Shown in pieces: positions 53,144 through 64,000 of a DNA stretch of 64,000 nucleotides. The position numbers were made by a program, and so were the translations under genes. The notes beneath the pieces are model-generated. The model saw nothing but the letters and a program-made list of their open reading frames with translations. It did not search any database and had not been told where the DNA came from. Every line of letters starts with the position of its first letter. Position 1 is the first letter of the stretch. This DNA comes from Eledone cirrhosa (lineage: Eukaryota). Location of the stretch: assembly GCA_964016885.1 (NCBI GenBank), contig OZ024746.1, positions 89,714,001-89,778,000 of the forward strand. The letters are read 5' to 3'.

Positions 53144-53329
53144 TGGATTGGCAGTATCGGTAGAGGGTCGCACGCCATGCTTTGAAGCATAGAGTTACTT
53201 CCCTGCATCATCTGAGTTCAAATCCCGCCGAGGTTAACTATGCCTTTCAGCCTTACGGGGTCGATAAAATAAAGTACCAGTAATGCACTGAGTAATTGCT
53301 GGCCTTCTGCCAAATGTAGAAACAATTAT
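53144..53329 (+). mobile_element. SINE family A
   Basis: Near full length; TSD TTATCAGAATCAT. Confidence 0.92.
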
Positions 53330-53805
53330 CAGAATCATGGTGTTTGTGTGTTGTACTCTCGATTTTCTGTTTTGTTTAGAATTTTGATATTTTCTCGTGA
53401 TTTGTTAGTCTATACTATTATTGGTTTTGATTTTCATCGATCTAGTAGTTCATCATTAGTGTTGTAGTTGATATCAATCATTCACTATATGAAATGTGTT
53501 TTTTATCGTTCTTTTCTACCTCCCCCTCCGAAATAATCAATGCCTTGTGTGATTGTGCCTAATGAATTATCGTTTTATTAATATGGCATGTTTAATTGTA
53601 TTGAGCTGAATCTCATTTTTTTCTGTTAACATGTATCTTTAACAGTTTACAATATTTGAACTGGATCAATTTCTGTAAATGTTCAAGATATCATTTAACA
53701 ATTCATTCCTCTTTCCTAGGGTAAGGAATCAATACATTTACATACGTTTTCTTTAACAACAGCACCTTTTTTTTTATTTTCTTCATCAATAAGACATTCT
53801 CAATT

Positions 53806-54103
53806 TCAAGAGGAGAGGCGTTTTCTCAAAACACCTTGTACAGACATTGCGATAGAATGTCTCAGTAAAAATCGCTGCACAGAATTTACGGACAAAACCA
53901 AAGGACAGGAGACCCAAGTGTAGAGCAAATGTAGAGACTCGAACAAGGTGGATGGATAACATCCATGAACTCTGTTGTTCTCGCTTTGGGATCCCTCCAT
54001 GTCAATTGGTGGTGGTTGCTGTTGACAGGACCCGTTGGAAGCAGACATTTAGGAGTCTGACAACCACAACTCTCCTAGGAATAAACAGAAGAAGAAGGAG
54101 AAG
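53806..54103 (+). mobile_element. RTE-clade LINE 3' end
   Basis: HCDRMSQ...TRTRWMDNIHELCCSRFGIPPCQLVVVAVDRTRWK, ending in an (AGA)n tail. Confidence 0.7.
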
Positions 54104-54545
54104 TCAATAATTCATGTTTATATATTTTTACTCATATAGCAAACATGAAGAACGAAAAAATGGTGAACACTCTTCTCTTCTACTGACGTTTATGTTTATC
54201 AAACATGAACGCAAGGAAAGACATGCAATATCTAACATTTATGTATTAATTTCATTAACACTTCGGAAGGATTTTATTATGTATAACGATGCAAATGTAT
54301 CGGAATGCGTGCAATGCAACTCTGGTGTAAAACAATGTTTATGTCATTTTTACAACGTAATAAATATGAAAGCAATAACACTAAGTCATGTTATTTTTAT
54401 CATTCATTAACATGAATCACGAAATACATACAGAGTGAGTTTATAAATTAAATAAATTGATTTCTCTTCCAATATAATGAGAATGTATTCCCTGTTTTGT
54501 TTTGTAAACTTCCGAAGAGTAGATGGGAATACTCTGTTGGTTACA

Positions 54546-54580
<35 letters not shown>

Positions 54581-54585
<5 letters not shown>

Positions 54586-54872
54586 TTGTAAACAAATATT
54601 CCGTATTAATCCGTAGTGTCTAGCAACCACCGTTGCTCATTTGTTCAACACTGACAAGGGAACGCTGTACTCAACGTATACCTTTCTGCCAGATACTTGA
54701 ACGTTCAACTATCTGGCAGGAAGGTATACGTTGAGTACAGCGCTCCTTTGTCTGTCTTGAACAAATGAGGAACGGTGGTTGCTAGACACTACGGCTTAAT
54801 ACGGGATGTTTGTTTACAAACACACGGAGATAACAGCCGTACTAAGAGTGGGAAATGATTTTTTTCCGTTTA
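54581..54872 (+). repeat. Spacer-less fold-back palindrome with short tail between microsatellites
   Basis: About 120-bp arms centred on TTGAAC|GTTCAA (54702/54703); tail 54826-54872. Confidence 0.85.
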
Positions 54873-54882
54873 TATATATATT

Positions 54883-54996
<114 letters not shown>

Positions 54997-56521
54997 AGTC
55001 GAATATGCAATGAAATTTGGGTAAATTTGTTGACTAAAATATCCATTCACATTGGTAAGTGGGGGAAAATCTGTTGCAATTCAATTTTGTCTGCACGATT
55101 CGTGCAAAATGGTTCATTTCAGTTTGTGTAGATTTTTAATACCTTCACAGCATTACTAAATTTTTAAACATAATTCAATATTTGCATTGTGTTTCAACTT
55201 ATTTGATTGTAAATGAATTACAACTGATTGCAAAGAATCAGCTGCATTATCTGCCATGACACCAGTATTTTCTTTCGTATAACGCATTTCAACTACAGGA
55301 AGATTGTTAATTGTTTTAATCGCTAATTAATATGTTAACTATGTGACTAGCAATACCAATAATTGTGACCCTCTAATTCCAACTTTCTATTTAGCGTTCA
55401 TGAAAATTTTACATTTATATTTCTGCTCATTAAATATCATTCGCTTTTAGCCGTTGCAAACAAATGTAATTTCACACGTGTACAATAAATTATTATATCT
55501 CGCTTCAAGGTCCATAAAAATTAATTTAATTTCATTGTTCACCCGTTCATTGTTTTCTATTTCATCACTCTACTTAGTAGTAGGGAGTGTACACATGGAA
55601 GAACACTATTATTGCTACAGAAGGTGGCGTTAGATATTAGAAGAGTTAAAAACATTGTTGATGCTAGATCACTTCATTTCCACTTAAACAACAGGGCGTT
55701 TGACCATTCCTTCAATTATGACTAATCCGAAAAGAGGCAATCGCGCTTTAGCACACCTTAAAGAAAATACCTTCACCTCTAATCATTTCAATCAAAAAAG
55801 AAAAACAAAGCAATCCTAACAAAGTTTGACATCCTGATATTGCTTCTTTCAGTATTGCTATAATGCCAGAGACAGTAAATCGTAATTATTCTCACATTAT
55901 TATTCTCACATTATATGATATTAAAGGAGTTACACATTGTGAAACGTTACTTAATGAACACAATGTCGATGTGTTGATTCATTGTCTTCTCTTTATAAGT
56001 GATTTCTTCAATTTTCATACATAAAACAGGTGGTTTTATGAATTCTTTTAATTGCTTTCTTCTCTGAACGCAGAGAGAGATTCAATTGTATATTTTCCTT
56101 ATGCTAATTGGCTCTAACATAGTGAGGAAAATTTTGCCTTCAACGGATATTCGTAAACTAGAAATGCATAGAAAACCCGAATATATCTACCAAACCTTTA
56201 AATATCGCATCCGCATCGGATACTCAAATAAAAACAAAACCAGCAAGAAAACGAATATTGTTTCATGTTTATACTAATAAAACTCTGTGATTGTGTGCTT
56301 GTCTGTAATTTAATACAGCCAGAACGTTGCATAATTCGAAAATTCTTTGAAAGAATGTTCACCCTGAAATGGGAATACAATTGGAATAACACAAGTTTCG
56401 CGTAAATTGGAGGTTGTGTTGGCGAGATACGGTGTTTTTCCAGTTACCTTCAAAAATAGAGAAAGAGAAAGATGAATAGATAGATATATAGTGAGAGAGA
56501 GTATGAGAGAGAGAGAGAGAG

Positions 56522-56568
<47 letters not shown>

Positions 56569-56655
56569 TGGTAGTGTTGTTAAATGATATTATAAAACGT
56601 GATTTGTGTTTTTGTATACATGTTTGAGTCTGTGACCAGTGTATGTAGGAAACAT

Positions 56656-56721
<66 letters not shown>

Positions 56722-56747
56722 ATACAAAAAACGCACACACACACAAT

Positions 56748-56779
<32 letters not shown>

Positions 56780-57112
56780 TATATATAAATATGGGGCTTC
56801 AAATTTCCTTTTCGATTATACATTGTGTAAATTTTAATTATTTAACAATTATTTTTACGTGAACATGATTTAAAAAAAAAAATAAGAGAACGGGTCCCAG
56901 GTGGTCTTGTATAATATTGGTAAACATAACGGATCTACTCTTCTTAAGCTTCGTTGCCTTGCTGATGTGAATGTATTTTCTCGTCTATTAAGACATGCGT
57001 AGTTCGTCATTCCCTATATCAGCTGATTTGCATAAAACGTCGAAATGTTGGAGATCTTCTCAAACTTCAGATTTGTAAAACGATTTAAATATTCTTTATT
57101 TGTGTGTACAGA

Positions 57113-57181
<69 letters not shown>

Positions 57182-57212
57182 GGTGTGTGTGTGTGTGTGT
57201 GTGTGTGCGTAC

Positions 57213-57256
<44 letters not shown>

Positions 57257-57569
57257 TCACCTATATGCATATACTTTACGAACGCAGGAATGTACATGCT
57301 CACATACACACAGCTACTCGTATACTAATGTTATATGTTCAGTTATAATATTAATATATGAGTAGCTCTGTTTATGATTACGGTGTATCAACTCGTATAT
57401 CTCCGCGTATATACAAAGAAGTACTTTAAATCATTTAATGTACATCCTAAGCCCTGGACCTTTTTTGAGGAAAACATATATACGAATATGTATACATGCA
57501 TCGCTAAACGCATATATACCTATACATATATCAGATTTTCCCTTTCTTTTTTAATTATTATAAAAATAG

Positions 57570-57757
57570 ACGGTGGATTGGCAGTATAGGTAGAGGGTCG
57601 GACGTCATGCTTTGACGCATATAGTTATGGCCCTTGCCATTCTGAGTTCAAATCCCGCCGAGGTTTACTTTGCCTTTCATCCTTACAGGGTCGATAAAAT
57701 AGAGTACCAGTAATGCACTGGTAATTGCTGGCATTGTGCCAAAAGTAGAAACAATTA
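57570..57757 (+). mobile_element. SINE family A
   Basis: Full length; TSD ATTATAAAAATAG. Confidence 0.92.
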
Positions 57758-59799
57758 TAAAAATAGGAGTAACATTATATGTTAGTGAAGGGGAAAATGC
57801 TATGTTTACTGATTCATTTTGTTCCACAATATGTGAACAGAGAACTTAATAGAAATTAAATATGTATAACGAAATATTGTGTAATAAGACTCTTTAGAAA
57901 ATTATAGTAGTCCACGAGCCTGTGGAATTCCGACTTCTCGTCATTAGGATGCTCTGTCGTTCAACAATAAATTTAACTCTTACATACTGAAGTTCTACAT
58001 AGGTATTGCATCGTATATTGAATTTAGCAGAATAAGCAGGAATATTCAGAAAGTATGATAGAGTTTTCTCCTTTTGCCAAAATCATTATTAAAGTAAGAA
58101 TGGCAGATCACTTTAATTATGAATGGAAATATACAATAGATCTGGATTTTTAATGAAACCTTTAAGATATGGCGTAACATTCTTAACATCTAAGGTGATA
58201 TTGGCTTCTGCAAATTTTATTGACTGCACATTTGAAATTGAGTTATACTACACTTTTGTTTCCTGTTCAGCTTATTATGTAATTTTGGTGCACCTTATAT
58301 TTTTTAATGTATTGCACGTACATAAATCTGGCTGGTGTGGAAGGTCTTTAACTTGTTTATCTCCTGTCAAGTAAACAGTCAATAACCCTATTGACTTGTG
58401 TTTGACAAAACCAATATTTCGTATTTTATGGCGCAACCTAAAAATAAAAGTAAAAGAAACAAGCAGCAAAGGAAATAAAATCTGAAAAAGAAAAGTGAGA
58501 TTGCGCGAAAATCCATACATTATTTAATTAGAAATATCAGCTCTACCGAGGGGAGATATCACCTGATAAAAGAATTGAAATCAGGTAATTAACTCTTCGA
58601 ACATAAAATTCGGTTTCTAATGTGAAAGAGAGAAAAATGTTAATTAACTGGAATGACTTCATACTGAAGCATTATATTTTGTTTTTACGTTAGTTGCTTT
58701 TATTTTTTCTTGGTCCATTCACTTAAAAATAATAAGGCACATCTTTTTAGTGCCTTATAATTAAATGCATCGTTCGTTTGATTCTGAGATGAAAAGGGGA
58801 GAATTGATTATTTAAACGAATAACTTGTTAAAGCAGCCCCGGGAAATAATTTCAACTCGATGCAACTGATTGCTAGAAGGATTGCAATGTTTCAACATCA
58901 AAAACATTGAAATAAATCCTAATTAAACAGGAAGAACAAAAGAACACTATTTCATGGGAGATTCTATCATTTCATCCTGTAATGAAAGGTTGCAAGGTTT
59001 TCAAGAATCCAATATTAAAACTAAACCTTAGTGCTGTAGTTCTTTATAAAAGGTGGGTTTTAAAATACAGTGAAAGCAAAACCGGCACTAAAGTATTAAG
59101 TTAAAAGCACAAGAATAATTAGTTACCTGCCAAGGTTAAATTCTTGATTCGATATCTCAGTACACTGCATTCCATGATAGAACCTTAGCTTTGTGTCTAC
59201 ACTCATACACGAACACAAACACAACAAACTCATACACACTCACTCATACATACGCACAAACACACACTCAACACAGCCGAGGATTGATTTGAAAATGAGA
59301 AGGTGAATCTCCTCCAGTCTTGGCTATCGAACCGTGCGTGTCGGGATATTAGTTAGTGCTTCAATCAAAATATTGGAGTTATAGAGTTACGTTCGTCCAC
59401 ACTTATTTCATCATTCATTCTGTAAAGGTGTGAACGAGCAATATATAACATAATTTCCCCATGTTTACGCTTAAAATGTCGGTGACACATACATTGAGAT
59501 CATAGAGTAGCTTCCACAAGAAAGGGAACCCGATGTTGTATAGATATTAACTGTTAGGAGTGAATTTCGACAACAATACATAGTTGAACCAAATGTATTC
59601 TTTGGTGAAACACCCTCGACTTATAACAGATTTAACAAGGTACTTAGGTGGATGCCATTAGAAGTTATATAACTTAAATATACTAGGTGTACAAATGACG
59701 ATAGTAACATATTGAGATCTGCTTAATTCAATTTAAAACTGTCAGATTACGTGCGTATTAATTTTTCTATTGTGTCTTACTATTTAGCAAGGATTAAAT

Positions 59800-59995
59800 G
59801 GAGGCCTGGTGTCAGTACAAACATTAGAAATACTTTCAACACTATCATGCTGATGACACTGAGCTACACTGCATGCTGACCCCCATGATTCTGTAGCACA
59901 AAAATCAAGAGAAATGCAAACCTCCATCCCAGCAGACGTTACCGTCTATAAATGAAGTATACTGAAACTTAACTCTCAGAAGGCAGACGCCGTTT
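59800..59995 (+). mobile_element. Ancient L2-like RT fragment
   Basis: QHYHADDTELH (YADDTQLY-like) and downstream LKLNSQKAD (LKLNxxKTE-like). Confidence 0.55.
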
Positions 59996-60823
59996 ATAAA
60001 AGGCAAACTAAAGCATATTTTTTGTATACCAAATGTTGCAGTCCAACATCATAGACAATCTTCATCCATCCGTATAGATACGTAGATAGCAAAATATTCA
60101 ATAATTCTGCACCAGATAAGCAAATACTGTACAATTTTCGATGGTCTCCTCTCACATTTGTTACGCTCTGAGTGTTCTTATATAATCCATAAAACATTAT
60201 CTAATCTTTTGAGCAGGGCAATCTGTATTTACACCATTTGATTGGCATTTCGATAGTTTAAGGCCTGTATAGTATCAAAGTGACTTGGTTTTTCTTATCT
60301 TCTGTTCCTCTCATAATACTTGGCTGCTGCTAACTGGAATAGTCATCAGAACCTTCTTGAACATTCTATTAGCATTTCGGTTGAAATAATGAACATAGTA
60401 TTTTCTGAATATCAAGTTAAATGTTTATTCAATGACAATACACGGAGAGGTATAGAGCTATAATATATCACATAGGGATAAATCAAGTAAAACAATACCT
60501 CATTTATTACGTAATTTCACTTCACCGTGTGATATAACCAAAACCTATTCTGATATATTTACTTGTTTTTTATTGAAAATATATCATCTCCAAGTAAATA
60601 TGTAATGAACGTACTAATAAAAGTCTAGCCTCCCTTTTAATTGAATTAGGTAGACTCACATATATAGATAAACAGGCCATAATAACATGATTAATTTTAA
60701 GTTTAAGTATTAGCCGAAAGTCTTTGGAGAACCTTTATTTTTTTGTTGAGTATCGACGTTCTCAATTTTAATATATCTTGCATGTATTCCATCAAATAAC
60801 TGTGTACTATATTAATGGTAAAC

Positions 60824-61012
60824 AATGACTGTTTCTACTTTCGGCACAAGGCCGCCAACAATTACCTCAGTGCATTACTGGTGCTTTAGTTTATCAACCC
60901 CCGTAAGGATAAAAGGAAAATTAACCGCGGCTGGATTTGTCTCGGAATGTAAATGGCCATAACACTATGTTGCTTATCATGGTTTCTAACGCTCTACCAA
61001 TATGCCCATACA
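60824..61012 (-). mobile_element. SINE family A (diverged)
   Basis: Degraded full-length match. Confidence 0.8.
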
Positions 61013-61076
61013 CTGGCCATCGTATATAACATTAATGTTTAGTTGAGCTTTCTTTGAAAATATGTGAATACAACAT

Positions 61077-61265
61077 AATTATTTCTACTTTTGGCACAAG
61101 GCCAGCAATTATCCCAGTACATTACTGGTACTTTATTTTATCGACCCCGTAATGATGAAAGGCAAAGTTAACCTCGGCGGGATTTGAACTCAGACCATAA
61201 AGAACCGTAACTCTTTGCTGCAAAGCATAGCGTCCGACCCTCTACCGAAACTGCCAATCCACCGT
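61077..61265 (-). mobile_element. SINE family A
   Basis: Full length, close to consensus. Confidence 0.92.
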
Positions 61266-62774
61266 CTGATTATATAGTAGTTAAGTTCTCATTGGTCTTT
61301 TAGGTGAGGCTTTGCCATATTTTGTATGTATAAGTTAGTCTAAGTTAGTTTTTGTTTCTCTAAGCTACATTTTTGGTAATGTCTAAATTTCCAATATAGG
61401 CTAACAAAACAATCTTAATTATAATGCATTCCCGATATATGGAAATTGATGTGTTCCAATCTATAAAATGTTCGAGATAAGGAGTTACAGAAGAGCACAT
61501 TGTTTAAAAATAGACTTGGTCTTGGGCACAATGCCGGTAACACATTAGCAGCACTCCAACAACAGGGTATTTGGCTAAATAATGTTACATGCTTATTTTG
61601 ATTACAGAAATATTTCATGACAATGAAACATGAAACGTGATGAGATTAACTGTGAAAACAAAACAGTTAGTTGATTGATATTTATTGATGTGCTTAAAAT
61701 CAATAATTCCTTTAAAATCGATGAGTCCACTTGCTTCGCCATTTAAGTAATGTATACAGACACATCAACGAAAATTGGAAGTGAAAACATGAAACTAATC
61801 AATTCGTTTATTTATAGAGTTATCTTCTTTTCTACTTTTCTAGCCCAATTGACCCCATGTCTTGTTTTCTCTCACAGTATAGCTTTAATTAGTGAAATAA
61901 AGTCAGATAATCCAGAGACCTTGTTTCTTCTATTTACTTTGTAACTTGAGAAGTTATACATAAAAGGTTTTCGTATATAGCAGACATAATTGAACAATAA
62001 AGCTGTTTATCAAGTTACGAGTTTTCGCTCTCGTTTTTCAGAATGAACATAATCTAATATATTTTTATTAAACATAAAAACGTCTCCTTATCAATTTCTT
62101 TTCCTACAAGGAATATATTCAGTTAACTAGGTCTGTACCAAATTAGATTAGTATCGGAGAAGGGATATTTTAGTGGTGCATCATAATTGTGCTAAACTAG
62201 TTCGTTCTTTCAAACATTATCTTTATTTATATTTCTAGACGTTACGTTATCTAATCCGCTCGTTTATTTTATCTATAAAATATAAAGTGCCCATTTATAA
62301 TGCGAAAGCCTTAAAAATTATAATTAATTTTCGTTATTATTCTTGGCTAATGGGATTTAGTTGGCGACTGTATTGACCTAGTATAGTATAAAACCTTTAC
62401 AATTACTGTACCACTGTAATGTTAATGAGTTCAGTTCAAACCGGCATGGGGGACGGTATATCGGATAACGAAAGAAAAAATTGTATGAGTATTTAAAAAC
62501 AAAATGAAGTACTTTAGATGCTTAGAAATAAATGATAGCTTGGAACGTATTAAAATATAATAAATGGACATAAATCTAACCTACATAGGATTTATTTGTA
62601 GTTAAACCTTAAAATTAAAAGCCCTAAGTTAAACAACAAAAACACACCCAAGATTCTAAAAGTGAGTAGTATCTAACGACTTGAGACGCTCCTATCACAC
62701 TATCTACGATATAATCTTACAGTCTGATTAGAGAAAATAATATCTAAATAATATAATAATATCTAAAATTAATA

Positions 62775-62875
62775 ATAATTGTTTCTACTTTTGGCACAAG
62801 GCCAGCAATTATATCAGTGTATTACAGGTACTTTATTTCATCGACCCTGTAAGGATGAAAGGCAAAGTTAACCTC
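62775..62875 (-). mobile_element. SINE family A (3' half)
   Basis: Consensus match; CTAAAATTAATAAT on both sides. Confidence 0.85.
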
Positions 62876-63324
62876 TAAAATTAATAATATTATCTAAAAT
62901 TCATAATATTCCTGACAGGTAAACAACACAACAGTACGCTTAAGATATATCTCTCGACGGAATTATAAACACACATGTTCTATGATTTAGAAACTAGAGT
63001 ACTATAATCATTCAGGAATACGTTTAAATATAATCAAATAAAGCATCTTTACACAAACCAATAGTCCATCTTTTATAAACGCATATGAAATCATTGAAGA
63101 CTAATTCCTGATATTCGTAACGAAGACATTTTGCTACAAATATGGAATCCAGCCGATATCCGTATTCACCAAACTGCATTTTGCATAACATATATCATCG
63201 ACACGGTCGTGAGATTATCTCTATTAACATAAATCTTGAAATAGTTTTACTGCATAATATGCATACTCCTCACAGAAAAGCACACCCGTTCGTATACATA
63301 CACACACACCACATACACATACAT

Positions 63325-63364
<40 letters not shown>

Positions 63365-63801
63365 GAATATGTGTAATAAAGCCAAAACAATGCAGATATG
63401 GACATAGAAAACAGAATGCAATTGTAAAAGATGTTGTTGATAATTCGTCCTTTACCTTGAATTTATTAAAATGTCCTTAATTTTCGAGATAATATCTCTT
63501 CTTCGGAGGGAAATAAAGGTCTCAAACCAGCACTTTAAATATCTAGTCAAGCCATGCTGACAGGAAAGAGTATAGAGTATCTGTTCTATCTCTAATATCA
63601 AAGAATTAAAATTAGGTGGATAAAGAGTAGTCTCCCTTTAAAAGGGGTTTCTTTAGGGTTTTTTTTTTTTTGTTGTTATATATATATATATAAAATGTTC
63701 TGGCTTATTAATTTATTAACCCGCCATAGAACAACATTGGCATTCGGTTGGATAATACTTGTTTCCCTATATGTAATTTTTACACGTAGGAATTCATACT
63801 T

Positions 63802-63901
<100 letters not shown>

Positions 63902-64000
63902 ATATTTCCTCTGATAATTTGTAATATTTTTACATAGATCTATATGATATACATACCAACACACACATACATCCCAGAAAGTTTCGTAAGATGATGAATT

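Noticed and set aside
57800-62700. Repeat-poor stretch that might hold host exons (also 32500-35300 and 38200-39600)
   Set aside because: No ORF with recognisable domains or convincing splice-bounded exon found by eye; small exons cannot be excluded without RNA-seq.

Overview
AT-rich, microsatellite-dense eukaryotic DNA with no recognisable intact host gene; most ORFs in the track are translations of (TA)n/(CA)n/(GA)n tracts. The SINE families and repeat landscape resemble those of octopod cephalopods (inference, not verified). The window holds about 20 copies of one tRNA-derived SINE, two copies of a second SINE, decayed LINEs (CR1/L2-group, RTE, Tx1), a mariner remnant, a Chapaev3-like transposon, a Helitron-like element, a candidate solo LTR and three Penelope-like (PLE) coding fragments. 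The most striking feature is a recurring non-coding cassette sitting in (TA)n tracts: a fold-back palindrome plus a one-sided tail. Several carry minimal type-I hammerhead ribozymes, and sequence-unrelated families share an ACTC...TTGAGTGCT tail motif. One short copy turns around exactly at the predicted ribozyme cleavage site. These cassettes are best read as inverted pseudo-LTR ends of PLEs or as non-autonomous hammerhead retroelements. All coordinates were read by eye and element boundaries are approximate.
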